The notes beneath the pieces were generated by a model. The model was not told where the DNA came from, did not search any database, and was given only the letters and a program-made list of their open reading frames with translations. A DNA stretch of 64,000 nt. Origin: an uncultured Bacteroidaceae bacterium (lineage in GTDB: Bacteria; Bacteroidota; Bacteroidia; Bacteroidales; SM23-62). Below, in pieces: positions 51,590-63,196 of this stretch; the first letter of the stretch is position 1, and every line of letters starts with the position of its first letter. The stretch spans positions 209,178 to 273,177 of the forward strand of contig CAVYEL010000006.1 in assembly GCA_963767555.1 (NCBI GenBank), in the 5' to 3' direction. The translations under genes and the position numbers were made by a program.

Positions 51590-53179
51590 ATGGGAACAAA
51601 AATTCAGCTCTCAAAAGACAAGGTCAAGTCAAACTACTCAGGTAAGGAACATTATGACCTGGTGATTATTGGTGCGGGGATCAGCGGACTTTCTACAGCA
51701 CTTATGTGGTTAAAGAATACAGAGGGGAAGAAAACACTTATCCTTGAGAAAAACAGTTATGTTGGAGGGTATAGTACGGCTTATCAGAAAGGGGATTATA
51801 TTTTTGAAACAACTCAGCTTTTTCCCGATATAATTGAGATGATGGAGTATCTCGATATAGAGATAAAATTGAAGAGGTTTGAGAAGGATTTTATGAGGCG
51901 TATTGTGGTTCACGGGGATGAGGTGGATGAATACAAAATTCCTTCCGGGGCAGAAAAGTTTACCAGTTATCTTAAAAGCCAGTTTCCTGATGATGCTGAT
52001 AATATTGAGAAACTTATGGCATATTCAGTATCCATGTTCTCACAGGTCAGGAAACTGAAAGTTATTCCAACTCTGGCAGATACATTAGCTACTCTGTTTA
52101 AAGCCCCCAAGGTAATATCAAACCTCAGCCAGACCTATTCCGGCCTGTTGGATAAGTTTAAGATCACAGATCCAAAACTAAGGGAAGTAATGGAGACATT
52201 CACTTCCTTTTCAGGGGTGCCTTCCGACCGTGCATCAGCCATATACGCTACAGGAGCTATGCTTTCCTCGATGACCCGGACCTTCCGGCCCTATGGGTAT
52301 TTTGATGAGTTTCCGGCAACCATGGCCAGCTTATTCCAGGAAAGGGGAGGGGAGATACGCGTAAATGCCGAAGTTGAACAGATTGTTGTTGAGGAGGGTA
52401 AAGTATACGGGGTTAAGGTTAGGGGGGATGATGGCATGATCAGTGCTGGAACAGTGGTTACAACCATTGATCCGATGGTTGGAATGAGGAAGCTTGTGGG
52501 AGATGAATACCTGGGGGAAAAATATATTGAAAGGCTGAAAAACGTTGTCATGTCAACTTCCTCAATAAATATTGCACTTGGACTAGATGAAAAGATTGAT
52601 CTTGCTGCCATGGATCTTGATTATCCATATAATGTTGTATCAACTGGCCTGGGTACATCGGAAAAACTATTTGACGGATTTATGTCAGGGGGTAATGCTT
52701 TTTCGGAAGATTGCTTTCATGCCGCAGTTATTTGCCCTTCTCTGACTACCGGTGCAAAGAACACGATCACCATTCGATGTACACCGTTTGGTATTGGACT
52801 GTGGCCTGAATGGAGGAAAAATGATCCTGAGAAATACAAAGCAGAGAAAGAAAGATGGGGAGATTTCTTTATCAATATCGCGGAGAAGTATTTCATCCCG
52901 GGTTTAAGCAAACATATCGTCGTTAAGGATATTGCTACACCTGCTACCTTTTCACGTTATTCCGGTTCACCTACCGGAAGCTTATATGATATGGCGTCCA
53001 TCGTAACTCAGTTCGGACCAAAGCGCCTACCATTTAAAACTCCCGTTCGAAATCTTTATCAGCCAAAATTTGCTCATGGCCTTTATGGTAGTATGATGAA
53101 CGGTGTTCAGATGGTTGATCTCTTGCTGGATAGGAAATTTAATAACGGGAATTCCCTCTTCACAGCATCAGTCACTTAA
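51590..53179 (+). CDS. FAD-dependent oxidoreductase of the phytoene desaturase (CrtI-like) family
   Basis: Intact 529 aa with YDLVIIGAGISGLSTA dinucleotide-binding motif. Overall CrtI-like length. Confidence 0.65.
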   Translation: MGTKIQLSKDKVKSNYSGKEHYDLVIIGAGISGLSTALMWLKNTEGKKTLILEKNSYVGGYSTAYQKGDYIFETTQLFPDIIEMMEYLDIEIKLKRFEKDFMRRIVVHGDEVDEYKIPSGAEKFTSYLKSQFPDDADNIEKLMAYSVSMFSQVRKLKVIPTLADTLATLFKAPKVISNLSQTYSGLLDKFKITDPKLREVMETFTSFSGVPSDRASAIYATGAMLSSMTRTFRPYGYFDEFPATMASLFQERGGEIRVNAEVEQIVVEEGKVYGVKVRGDDGMISAGTVVTTIDPMVGMRKLVGDEYLGEKYIERLKNVVMSTSSINIALGLDEKIDLAAMDLDYPYNVVSTGLGTSEKLFDGFMSGGNAFSEDCFHAAVICPSLTTGAKNTITIRCTPFGIGLWPEWRKNDPEKYKAEKERWGDFFINIAEKYFIPGLSKHIVVKDIATPATFSRYSGSPTGSLYDMASIVTQFGPKRLPFKTPVRNLYQPKFAHGLYGSMMNGVQMVDLLLDRKFNNGNSLFTASVT

Positions 53180-54404
53180 TCCCTTTAAATTTGGGATTAG
53201 CCTTTCCTCATCTTTCATTAATTGGTGCCAGTAAACAGGCCTGCCCTCATAAGCTGCAGTCCTTCCCAGGATGGTCACTAAATTACTGGTGACACTTGGT
53301 TCAACGGTAATATTTTCATAATTACCTTCCACGATATTTTTATGGAATGTGGCAATATTAGTAACAGCACCTTCTAAAAAAATACCGGGGGATCTTCCTC
53401 CCCGATAATAGTTATCACCCTTTATCATTACGTTGCCGCCATACTGTGTTTCAAGAACACCTTCAGAACCAAACATCCGGTTGCGGATCCCTTCCGGCGT
53501 GGTGCCGTGTCCCTTAAATTGACGTGAGCTGAAGGTAATACCTACATTGTTGGGATATTGGTAGACAAGTGCAAAATGATCCCAGCTGCTGCCCTGATCG
53601 GTTCTTACTTTATGGCCACCTGTTCCAACAGCATAAACCGGTTTCTCATCCATGATCCAGCTCATCACATCGAGTGTATGTATGTTCTGTTCTGTAATGA
53701 TATCCCCGGAGAGTGCCCGGCTCATTCCCCAGGCCCGTAATTGATTTTCCGGATTTGCAGGATCAGCATCAAGATAAGGCCGCTGATTTGTCCATGGGCT
53801 TCCGGCATGATAACTTGCCTCGCCGAATGCTAATGTTCCCAGACCTCCATCATGCACACGTTTTAAAGCTTCGATAAAGAATTGGTCGGCACGCGTTTGA
53901 AAATCAATTAAAAAGCATAAATTCTTCTGCAGTAGCAGTTTTGCCACTGTCTTCAATGCTTTGACATCCCGGAACATCAACGGCTATGGGTTTTGCGAGA
54001 TATACATGCTTTCCAGCAGCTACTGCCGCCTCGGCCTGTTCAGGATGAAAATACGGTGGGCTCTCAATGACGACTCCGTCCAGATCAATTTCCAGTAATC
54101 TTTTATAGGCTGAAAGCCCGGTGTATCGATTTTTGCTGGCAATATTGAACTTTTCACCAAAGGTATCAACCTGGTCCTGGAAATAATCAGCTGCGCCCAC
54201 GATCTCATAATTCCCATCTTTAATAAATAATTCAGCAATCCATGTGCCTCGTCCCCCGCATCCGATCATTCCGATTTTAATTTTTGAATTGGCATTTGAG
54301 CCGAAAACAAGTTCCGGTTTCATAATTGAAAATGATACAGCAGCTGCACTTGTACCTGCAATAAATTCTCTTCGTGTGAACGGTTTACTTTCTTTCTTTG
54401 ACAT
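53168..54404 (-). CDS. Gfo/Idh/MocA family oxidoreductase with TAT signal, one apparent frameshift near 53930
   Basis: MSKKESKPFTRREFIAGTSAAAV, then IGMIGCGGRG and AKP. The C-terminal domain continues in ORF 53168-53980. Confidence 0.8.
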
Positions 54405-54572
54405 AACTTATCTTTTAATAGGTGTTAAACCTTTTGTGAAAAATCCATGTGTTACAATTTAAACTTCTTAAACTTCATAATCAAATCTGGAAAATATTAT
54501 TTTATCAGGCTGTGGATTTAGGTGCTGCTTAGGGGATTTTTTAATAACTTGAGAATATATTAAATCAAAAAA

Positions 54573-56078
54573 ATGAAATACAGCATTTACACATTCCTGA
54601 TCATCCTGTTGTCGATATTATCAGCATGTACTATTTCTGAAAAAAAATCGCAAGATCCCGGTAAAAACCATCGAGCCCCGGAAGCCGATGGTATTTCTTC
54701 TCGTGCCATCCTGGATTTTGTGGAGGTGCTTGAAAAAGAGCAAGAAGATGCCATTCACAGTTTTATTCTCAGGCGTCATGGGAGAATTGTTACCGAGGCA
54801 TGGTGGGCACCCTTTAATCCGGATAGTCCTCATATGCTGTATTCTCTCAGCAAGAGTTTTACCTCAACTGCCATAGGGATGGCACAGGATGATAGCTTAC
54901 TGAGTATTGATGATCCCGTCATTTCATTTTTCCCATTTGAAACCCCGGATGATCCAGGTGACAATCTGAAATCAATGCGGATCAGGGATCTTCTGAAGAT
55001 GAACTCGGGGCACCAGTCAAATACAAGTGGCAGAATGCGGACCGGAAAAACCTGGGTAGAAGGATTTCTGGCCCTGGAAGTAGAGCATAAGCCGGGTACC
55101 CATTTCGTGTATAACAGTGGTGCAACATATATGTTGTCAGCTATCATTCAAAAGGTTACGGGAGTCACACTCCTGGAATACCTGAAGCCAAAACTTTTTG
55201 AACCTCTGGGCATTGATAATCCAACCTGGGAATCTGATCCGGATGGTATTAATGTCGGGGGATGGGGATTGAGTGTGACCACTGAAGATATTTCTAAGCT
55301 TGGGCAACTTTACCTTCAAAAGGGAAAATGGAATGGAGAGCAATTGGTCACTGAAGCCTGGGTCGAGGAAGCCACATCATTTCAGACCTCAAATGGCAGC
55401 AATCCTGATAGTGATTGGGAACAGGGCTATGGTTACCAGTTCTGGCGCTGCCGTCATAATTTTTACAGGGGAGACGGGGCTTTCGGTCAGTATTGTATCG
55501 TTATGCCTGAACTGGATGCTGTACTTGCCATTACTTCAGCCACATCTGATATGCAGGCCATCCTGAACATAATCTGGGAACACCTGTTGCCGGGTATCAA
55601 AGAGAGTACTTTACCCCCGGATGATGATGGGTTTAAATTGTTAAATGAGAGGTTGGCCGGACTTGCTATCGGGACTGTTGAGGGTGAAGAAAACTCCCCC
55701 AAAACATCCACTATTTCTGGTAAAACATATGTCATTGAGCCAAACAGCCTGTCCATTAAATCCATTGCTTTCAATTTTGAAGCTTCACCAGATATGATAA
55801 CAATCATAAGCGATGAAGGGGAACAATCATTCAATGTGGGATATGAGAGAATGGAACTGGGTAGAATGATCCGTCCCCAATTATCGTCCAGAGAAATTGC
55901 AGTTACCGGTGCCTGGGAATCTCCGGAAAAATACATTGTAAAGATTCTATATTATGAAACGCCACAGGATATGAAATTTACTTTCCGGTTTGATGGGGAC
56001 GAGTTATTCTGGGACACGGAGCTTAATGGCTCATTCAGACCAACAAGTCTGGAACAACTCAAAGGATCTGGTAGGTAG
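54573..56078 (+). CDS. serine hydrolase (beta-lactamase/transpeptidase-like family) lipoprotein
   Basis: Intact 501 aa with lipobox LSILSAC, the SxxK motif YSLSKSFTS and the YxN motif VYNSG. Confidence 0.75.
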   Translation: MKYSIYTFLIILLSILSACTISEKKSQDPGKNHRAPEADGISSRAILDFVEVLEKEQEDAIHSFILRRHGRIVTEAWWAPFNPDSPHMLYSLSKSFTSTAIGMAQDDSLLSIDDPVISFFPFETPDDPGDNLKSMRIRDLLKMNSGHQSNTSGRMRTGKTWVEGFLALEVEHKPGTHFVYNSGATYMLSAIIQKVTGVTLLEYLKPKLFEPLGIDNPTWESDPDGINVGGWGLSVTTEDISKLGQLYLQKGKWNGEQLVTEAWVEEATSFQTSNGSNPDSDWEQGYGYQFWRCRHNFYRGDGAFGQYCIVMPELDAVLAITSATSDMQAILNIIWEHLLPGIKESTLPPDDDGFKLLNERLAGLAIGTVEGEENSPKTSTISGKTYVIEPNSLSIKSIAFNFEASPDMITIISDEGEQSFNVGYERMELGRMIRPQLSSREIAVTGAWESPEKYIVKILYYETPQDMKFTFRFDGDELFWDTELNGSFRPTSLEQLKGSGR

Positions 56079-56154
56079 TTCAGGATGTGTGGAGAAAAAT
56101 TGGTCTATACCACATTTAAATCAAAAGATTTCCGTTATATGATAAATTGCAAAT

Positions 56155-57132
56155 ATGACAGGGAACAATGATGAAACAAGGAGGCGATTTTTGCAAAAGC
56201 TGATTGCCGGAACTTCCTTAATGGGGCTCGCTCCCTACATAATGTCACTTCAGGGATGTGAAGAAGATGCTGTTAACTTGAAGATCCCACACCGCCGTTT
56301 TGGTAAAACAGGGGAATTGGTAAGTATTTACAGCCTCGGTGGTCAGGCTACACTGGAAGAGCTTGGGAGAGATGAAAAGGCATATGATATCATTAATAAG
56401 GCTATTGATCTGGGAATCAATTATATCGACACTTCTGCCTACTACGGTGGTCCAAATGCCAAGGGGACCAGTGAAAGATATATCGGAGAGGTCATGAATA
56501 CGCGGCGGGATGAGGTATTTCTCGCAACCAAGACTTTCGCCAGGACTTATGATGGAGCCATGAGTGACCTGGAGAAGTCATTGAATAACCTGCAAACAGA
56601 TAAGATTGACCTCTGGCAGATCCATAGCATAGATGCTAATGAAAACATTGACAGGATATTCTCCGAGACAGGCTGTCTGAAGGCATTTGAGGAAGCAAGG
56701 GATCAGGGGATTGTACGCTTCCTGGGCATAACGGGACATCATAGTCCGACCCCTATGAAAGTGCTTATTGACCGTTATCCTTTTGATTCTGTTCTAATGG
56801 CAGTGAATGCCGCTGATAAGTATCATAGATCATTCATTGAGGATCTTATGCCTACAGCTGTGGAGAAGAGAATGGGTATTATTGGCATGAAGGTCCCGGC
56901 CAGGGGCAGGATCTTTGATAAGGGAGGAATTATCGACATGACAGAAGCGATGAGTTACACTTTAAGCCTGCCAGTAAGTACTATCATTATTGGGATAAGG
57001 GAAGTTGCACAACTTGAAGAAAACTTTCAGATCGCAAAGGAGTTCGCACAGCTCTCAGCAGATGAAATGCTTGCCATAGAAGAAAAGGCAAAACCCCATT
57101 ATGAGTATCTCCAGTATTTCAAAGCTGATTAG
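56155..57132 (+). CDS. aldo/keto reductase with TAT-like signal
   Basis: Intact 325 aa. ETRRRFLQKLIAGTSLMGLAP, then GINYIDTSAYYG, DLWQIHS and VRFLGITGH. Confidence 0.8.
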   Translation: MTGNNDETRRRFLQKLIAGTSLMGLAPYIMSLQGCEEDAVNLKIPHRRFGKTGELVSIYSLGGQATLEELGRDEKAYDIINKAIDLGINYIDTSAYYGGPNAKGTSERYIGEVMNTRRDEVFLATKTFARTYDGAMSDLEKSLNNLQTDKIDLWQIHSIDANENIDRIFSETGCLKAFEEARDQGIVRFLGITGHHSPTPMKVLIDRYPFDSVLMAVNAADKYHRSFIEDLMPTAVEKRMGIIGMKVPARGRIFDKGGIIDMTEAMSYTLSLPVSTIIIGIREVAQLEENFQIAKEFAQLSADEMLAIEEKAKPHYEYLQYFKAD

Positions 57133-57168
57133 CCGGTAACAAAATACAAATTATCTGTTGATCCTTAT

Positions 57169-57795
57169 TTAGAACTTATTTGGTGCTATCCGTCTGAAGC
57201 TGCAAAATATAAAATTCTGGAGGCTTCCGGAGGGTGTATTATGGTTAATCGTTAAGCATTTTATTTTTTCGAAACAGTCTTTGAGCCGGTTGTTCATCGA
57301 AAGCTCGGAGTATTGTTTGATTTCGATTCCGCTGCATGTCTCAGGACCTTGTTCGGAGAATGTTCCCATTACCAGATAACCTTCCGGTTTAATGCTTGTA
57401 TTTACAGTTTCGAGATAGCTGTCTATTTCCTGCTCATCAGTCAGAAAGTGGAATGCTGCCCTGTCATGCCAAAAGTCATATTTGATGGTGGTATGAAAGC
57501 TGGCAGCGTCTGCTAATATCCATTTTACTTTAGCGGATTGGTCTCCAAGTCTTTGCCTGGCTTTTTCGATCGCTTTTTCTGATATATCAAGCACCGTAAT
57601 ATCCTGATAACCCAGGTTCAGAAGATGGTCTACAAAAAAGCTGTCACCACCACCGACATCAATGATTTTTGCATTTTTTGACAGATTGAACTGCTTTACA
57701 AAGTCGAGAGAGGTGGTGGGAACAGGCTGATACCAGCTCACTTCCTTAACATTTTTGGTCCCATGGATATTGTTCCAGTGTTTTTTTCTGTCCAT
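57169..57795 (-). CDS. class I SAM-dependent methyltransferase
   Basis: IIDVGGGDSFF motif I and ITVLDISEKAI. ATG 57795 is preferred over TTG 57813. Confidence 0.75.
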   Translation of the reverse strand: MDRKKHWNNIHGTKNVKEVSWYQPVPTTSLDFVKQFNLSKNAKIIDVGGGDSFFVDHLLNLGYQDITVLDISEKAIEKARQRLGDQSAKVKWILADAASFHTTIKYDFWHDRAAFHFLTDEQEIDSYLETVNTSIKPEGYLVMGTFSEQGPETCSGIEIKQYSELSMNNRLKDCFEKIKCLTINHNTPSGSLQNFIFCSFRRIAPNKF

Positions 57796-57847
57796 TTTAT
57801 CCTGTAAGATCAATATTCCTGCAAGATAATTTTTTCTGATTAAATTT

Positions 57848-59240
57848 TTATTTTGAAACCGACGGTGTGATATTCTGGTTCATTCTGAAAAGATTGGCAG
57901 GATCCCATTTGTTTTTGACTTTAACGAGCCTGTCCCATACATCCCTGGTATAAGCATCCTTCACCCGGGCTGAACCTTCCTCACTTAAAAAATTAACATA
58001 AACCCCTTGACTATAGGGTTTTGTGGCCTCATGGAAATCCCTGGCCCAGCCTATGCATCGACTATCATCTTCAGCATGTCGCCAACGGGTATGGATATTC
58101 AATAAAAATGGGGTATTCCTATGTGGGAATGCGGTAGCTTCGGATTGAATGCGTGCAGGGGCACCCTCCATATGTGGAATAAAAATCTCACATTCCTCAC
58201 CTGGCATTTTCAATGCGTATAGATTAATGACATCGATGCATTCATCATATAAATACTTTATGTGATGAGATTTCCAGTAATTGCGAGCTCCATGCTCCAT
58301 GAAGTCCGTCAAATCCGGATTGCCAGGCTGTCCACGGTTTTAATCCGGATCCATCACCCAGGGTCTCTTTAAAATCGCGGATTGGTTGTATCAGTTTTTC
58401 TCCTTCCTCGGGATCACCCAGCCAGACAAATGGCAAGAGTATCACCATTTTTCCATGAACATCCTCCGGTAAAAAGGGCAGTGGCGGAGCATGACGTACG
58501 ACTATCCAGATCGTCATCTCATCGGGCAGGCTGCGAACATATTCCCTGTGGAATTGCATATATTCTTTCAGGTCATCAAATTTCTTAACAACCGGTCCTG
58601 AATATACCTCCGTCCCAATCTTTGCGGCCTTGAATTCAAAACTGGTTACGATGCCAAAATTTCCTCCACCACCACGAATGGCCCAGAATAGATCCGGATT
58701 CTCAGCATTACTCGCTGTTACGATTTCTCCATTTGCTGTAACCATTTCTGCTGAGATGAGGTTGTCAACAGAAAGTCCATATTTCCTGCTGATCCAGCCA
58801 AACCCTCCACCCAGGGTCAATCCGCCTACACCTGTATGGGATATGATACCTGATGATACGGCCAATCCATGTTTTTGTGTGGCTTCATCTACTGCACCCA
58901 GCAGACAGCCCCCCTGTACCTTCACTGTTTCATTATCGGTATCGATATCAACATCTTGCATCAGGGAAAGGTCAATCATAAGTCCGTCATCACATACGGC
59001 CGTGCCAGCTGAATTATGTCCTCCTCCCTTCACTGCAATCAGCAGATTATTATGCTTCCCGAAATTTACTGCTTCCGCCACATCTTCAACGTTCAGGGAT
59101 TTTACTATGATGGCAGGCTTCCGGTCGAACATGGCATTCCAGATAGCCCTTGATTCATCAAAGTCCGAATCGCCTGGTAAAATAACCTGTCCTTTAATAG
59201 TATTTCTCAATGCTTCAATTATATTCTTTTCCATATTCAT
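57848..59240 (-). CDS. FAD-linked oxidase (PCMH-type FAD-binding domain plus BBE-like C-terminus), one apparent frameshift near 58250-58310
   Basis: PAIIVKSLNVEDV...VKGGGHNSAG...GGLTLGGGFG in ORF 58245-59240. The BBE-like end WDPANLFRMNQNI is in ORF 57848-58312. Confidence 0.8.
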
Positions 59241-59484
59241 TTTCCATTTTATATATTGATTATCAGTAAAAGATATAAATTCAATCCAAGACCAGTCTGA
59301 CCTTACAAAGAATGGATTTAGAAAGTATTATATTTCATCCCTGAAACCGTTGGGATCGTGGAGAATAGTGAGATAATGGCGGATCTCTTATTTAGAGAAT
59401 ATTATTTCGGATATTTACTATAATTTCTTCGTGACCACATAAAAGTCATTGATTTTCTGTAGACAATAATGTTGTATAAGCCTT

Positions 59485-61815
59485 ATGAAAAGCAGTAGAA
59501 TTCTTAAAACCGCATTTATCATTATGATCCTGGCTACCATAATGATAAATTTTTCTTTTATCCGGCAGCCGATTTATCTGGATGCTAAACAACCCATCGA
59601 AAAAAGAGTTGAGGACCTTCTTTCACGGATGACCCTGGAAGAAAAACTTGGACAGCTTAATTCTCCTCGCCCGAAAGAGCTGGCAGAGGATCTTTCCGAC
59701 CAGATTGAGGCATCCCGTAAATTTGCCGAAGGGAAATTAATAGACAATATTGGACCCGCAGGAGGCTTCTTCAGCATGGATATAGTATTTAAGGAGGGAG
59801 CCCGGACTCAGGCTGAGTTTGTTAACGAGCTTCAGAAGATTGCTACAGAGAAAACCCGTCTGAAAATTCCGCTTCTGATTGTAGAAGAAGGTACACACGG
59901 CTTAATGAGGCCCGGGGCTACTGTATTTCCGGAAGGTCTGTCTATAGGAAGCACATGGAATATGGAACTGGTAGGGCAGATTTATGCTGCTACAGCCAGG
60001 GAGGCAAGGACAAGAGGAGTTCATGGATTATGTACCATTGTTATTGAACCAAACAGGGATCCCAGACTTGGAAGGAATGAAGAAGGATACAGTGAGGATC
60101 CATATTTATGCTCACAAATAGCAGAAGCTATAGTTAACGGCATGCAGGGTGATGATTTATCGGCAAATGATAAGGCAATTGCTGTGCTATGTCATTTTCC
60201 GGGACAAAGCCAACCTGTCAGCGGCCTTGAAAGAGGAGCCATGGAAATTTCCGAACGGACCTTAAGGGAGGTTTTCCTGCCTCCATGGGTTGCCGGAATA
60301 AAAAAGGCTGATGCTTTGGGAGTAATGGCCACATACCCCGCCATTGATGGGGAGCCGGCTCACAGGTCAGAAAAGTTGCTTACAAAAATTCTTCGCGAGG
60401 AACTGGGATTTAATGGTGTGGTACTATCTGAAGGACATGGAATCAGTACTCTGGTATATGAAAAAGTAGTCTCAACAATGAAAGAAGCAGGCGAGTTATG
60501 TCTTAAAGCGGGTGTGGATGTCAGTATCTGGCACGAAGATGGATATTTAAATGCCATGCGGGAAAATGTGCTTGAGGGAAAAGTTTCAATGGAGACCGTT
60601 GACAGATCTGTCAGACGTGTTTTAAGAATCAAATTTCTTCTGGGTCTGTTCGAGGATCCCTATGTAGATGTAGAAAAGGCCGTAAGAGAAAACAACACAA
60701 AAGATAGTCGGGAACTGGCTCTTCAGGCGGCCCGGGAAGGTATTGTTCTATTAAAAAACGATAAGAATATTCTTCCGCTCAACAAAACAATTAAATCTAT
60801 TGCCGTAATTGGCCCAAATGCAGATAATGAACGAAATCAGCTGGGCGATTATATTTCTCATAATATCACCCAGGAAATAGTGACTGTTTTAGAAGGGATC
60901 AGTAACAAAGTTTCTTCAAACACAAGAGTTACCTATGTAAAAGGATGTAACGTCACAGGGAATGATCTTAATGAAATTTTAAAGGCACAGAAGGCTGCCA
61001 GAAATGCTGAAGTGGCCATCGTAGTGGTAGGTGAAAATGAGCGGAAGGCAGATGGAGGAAGGGGTACAAATGGAGAAGGGGCGGATGTTGCAAGTTTAGA
61101 TCTGACCGGCTTACAGGAGGATCTTCTAAAAGCTGTTTATGCTACCGGGACGCCAACCATTGCAGTATTAATAAATGGCAGACCATTATCCATACGCTGG
61201 ACAGCGGAAAATGTACCTGTGATCCTTGAGACCTGGATATGCGGAGAGGAGGGAGGAAATGCTATCGCGGAGGTTTTATTCGGTGATTTTAATCCAGAGG
61301 GACGTTTGCCTATTACTTTTCCGCGTCATTCCGGACAACTACCGATATATTATAATCATATGCCTTCAAAGGAATACTGGATAAACCGTGGCTGGGGAAA
61401 ACCGTATGTAGATATGCCTGCATCTCCTTTATGGGAATTCGGATATGGACTCAGCTACACATCATTTGAATATACTAACCTTCAAATCACTCCTGAAGAG
61501 ACAGGTCCGGCAGGTGAGGTTTATGTAAGTTTAGATGTGAAGAACACAGGTGAACTGGATGGCAATGAGGTTGTTCAGTTATATATCAACGATGTCCTCA
61601 GTTCCATGTCAACACCCATGAAAGAACTTAAAGGATTTGAAAAAGTTAGCCTTGCTGCAGGTGAGAAAAAGACTGTCAGGTTTAAACTTACCCCGGAACA
61701 TATGTCTTTGCTTAACAGGAATCTTGAAACAGTAGTTGAGCCGGGAATGTTTGAAGTGATGGTTGGCTCCTCCTCCGGAGACATAAGACTTGAGGGAGAG
61801 TTTGAAGTGAAATGA
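59485..61815 (+). CDS. glycoside hydrolase family 3 protein (BglX-like) with fibronectin-type III-like C-terminal domain
   Basis: Intact 776 aa with signal/TM, MTLEEKLGQL, and a GH3 active-site signature region ILREELGFNGVVLSEGHG. In that region the nucleophile position is Glu (see findings). Confidence 0.85.
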   Translation: MKSSRILKTAFIIMILATIMINFSFIRQPIYLDAKQPIEKRVEDLLSRMTLEEKLGQLNSPRPKELAEDLSDQIEASRKFAEGKLIDNIGPAGGFFSMDIVFKEGARTQAEFVNELQKIATEKTRLKIPLLIVEEGTHGLMRPGATVFPEGLSIGSTWNMELVGQIYAATAREARTRGVHGLCTIVIEPNRDPRLGRNEEGYSEDPYLCSQIAEAIVNGMQGDDLSANDKAIAVLCHFPGQSQPVSGLERGAMEISERTLREVFLPPWVAGIKKADALGVMATYPAIDGEPAHRSEKLLTKILREELGFNGVVLSEGHGISTLVYEKVVSTMKEAGELCLKAGVDVSIWHEDGYLNAMRENVLEGKVSMETVDRSVRRVLRIKFLLGLFEDPYVDVEKAVRENNTKDSRELALQAAREGIVLLKNDKNILPLNKTIKSIAVIGPNADNERNQLGDYISHNITQEIVTVLEGISNKVSSNTRVTYVKGCNVTGNDLNEILKAQKAARNAEVAIVVVGENERKADGGRGTNGEGADVASLDLTGLQEDLLKAVYATGTPTIAVLINGRPLSIRWTAENVPVILETWICGEEGGNAIAEVLFGDFNPEGRLPITFPRHSGQLPIYYNHMPSKEYWINRGWGKPYVDMPASPLWEFGYGLSYTSFEYTNLQITPEETGPAGEVYVSLDVKNTGELDGNEVVQLYINDVLSSMSTPMKELKGFEKVSLAAGEKKTVRFKLTPEHMSLLNRNLETVVEPGMFEVMVGSSSGDIRLEGEFEVK

Positions 61816-61843
61816 TAGTTTTTGAATATAATACAGACAATAC

Positions 61844-63196
61844 TTAATAATCCACTGGATGCGTTCGCATTCCCCCTTGAAGATATGTTACAACCGCTTC
61901 GGTAAGATCACTGGCTGCAGCCGGTGTATATGGAGAAACTTCAGGCTCGTATCCTCCGTGCTTAAATTCTGACTCCGGAAGTAAATAACCAAGCCATCCA
62001 TTGGTCAGCCCAAAATAGAATGTATAGGGAAATGGAGATAACTCCCTGATCTCATTCGATATCTCACAGAATAGCTCCAATGGTGCACTCCAGATTGCTA
62101 CATCTTCATTGATACTCAGGAAATGGACAGGAAGTTTCACAAGGGTATCACCTGCTTTTGTGGTACGGGTGTAATCATCAAGATCCGATGGCCAGTTCAT
62201 ACCAGCCTTTCTGGGAGTTTCAACAACTATGGTCCCGGTATTCAAGATCACCTCATCGGTTGTGTTTGAGATCATTCTATTGGCTGCAAGTATCTTGTCT
62301 CCCAGGAGGACCCTGAATTCTCCCAGATGACCTGATCGCGGATCGGGATAAACACTGTAGATGGGTGCTAGATTACCCATTGCGCCATTAATAAAAACAA
62401 GTGGAACCCCTGTCTTTTGTTCAACATATTCTGAAACTATCCCCGGTGCATCTCCACTGATCTCGAGGTTTTTCCCCCCCAATACGGTTCCGTGTATTGG
62501 ATAATTGGCAATTAATGCCATAGGAGTTCCATCCTCTCTGTCAAGACGAAGCAAACCAATCCTCCGGTCGACGGGTCCGTCCGGATTAAGGCCAAGTCTG
62601 GCCTTCCCGTCTACGTCAATGGCACGGCGATTGATGTTTGCCTGTGAGAATCCCCAGCCCATCCCGAGACGAGCGGGGGAGAGTTTCTTCAAGCCATCAC
62701 TGATCCCTTCAATCAGTGTCCTTTCTACGAATGCCTGATAATCAGCATCGAACTCATGCTTATAGCGTTCACCAAGGAAAGCCGCAGCTAAACCGGGAGG
62801 CCCGACCTCCGGGGCTGAATGTGTATGCGTTGTTGTCCACCACAGATTGATCGGAGTGATTCCAAGTTGTTGTTTGATCAATCTTATTATACGGTCGTAT
62901 TGAGAAGGTGAGAACTCACAAATATCGGATGAAACCAGAAAGAATTGAGTGGCCCCATCATCTAATATAACAATCCTGTGATAGATGCTGTCATGAATAC
63001 CAGTAGATTGCCTGTCCTGATAACCTAACAGCATCTGTGGGTCTGAGGGTGTGATATTTATTTTAACCACAGATGCGCGAAACTCCTTTTTTGCCTCATC
63101 GCCAGGTGTATTTCCTTTTTGACAAAATGTGACATTACTAAATACTATCAGAAATATCACCAGTAGGGATCTATTCAGTCTTCTCGAATCCATCAT
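61844..63196 (-). CDS. neutral/alkaline ceramidase-like N-terminal domain protein
   Basis: Intact 450 aa with a signal peptide. KINITP...LLGYQDRQSTGIHDSIYHRIVILDDG and TTTHTHSAPE are typical of the family. Confidence 0.65.
   Translation of the reverse strand: MMDSRRLNRSLLVIFLIVFSNVTFCQKGNTPGDEAKKEFRASVVKINITPSDPQMLLGYQDRQSTGIHDSIYHRIVILDDGATQFFLVSSDICEFSPSQYDRIIRLIKQQLGITPINLWWTTTHTHSAPEVGPPGLAAAFLGERYKHEFDADYQAFVERTLIEGISDGLKKLSPARLGMGWGFSQANINRRAIDVDGKARLGLNPDGPVDRRIGLLRLDREDGTPMALIANYPIHGTVLGGKNLEISGDAPGIVSEYVEQKTGVPLVFINGAMGNLAPIYSVYPDPRSGHLGEFRVLLGDKILAANRMISNTTDEVILNTGTIVVETPRKAGMNWPSDLDDYTRTTKAGDTLVKLPVHFLSINEDVAIWSAPLELFCEISNEIRELSPFPYTFYFGLTNGWLGYLLPESEFKHGGYEPEVSPYTPAAASDLTEAVVTYLQGGMRTHPVDY

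Noticed and set aside
58630-59259. 209-aa + strand ORF opposite the FAD-linked oxidase
   Set aside because: An antisense shadow ORF with Pro/Ser-rich composition. The minus strand carries the GGGHN FAD-binding motifs.
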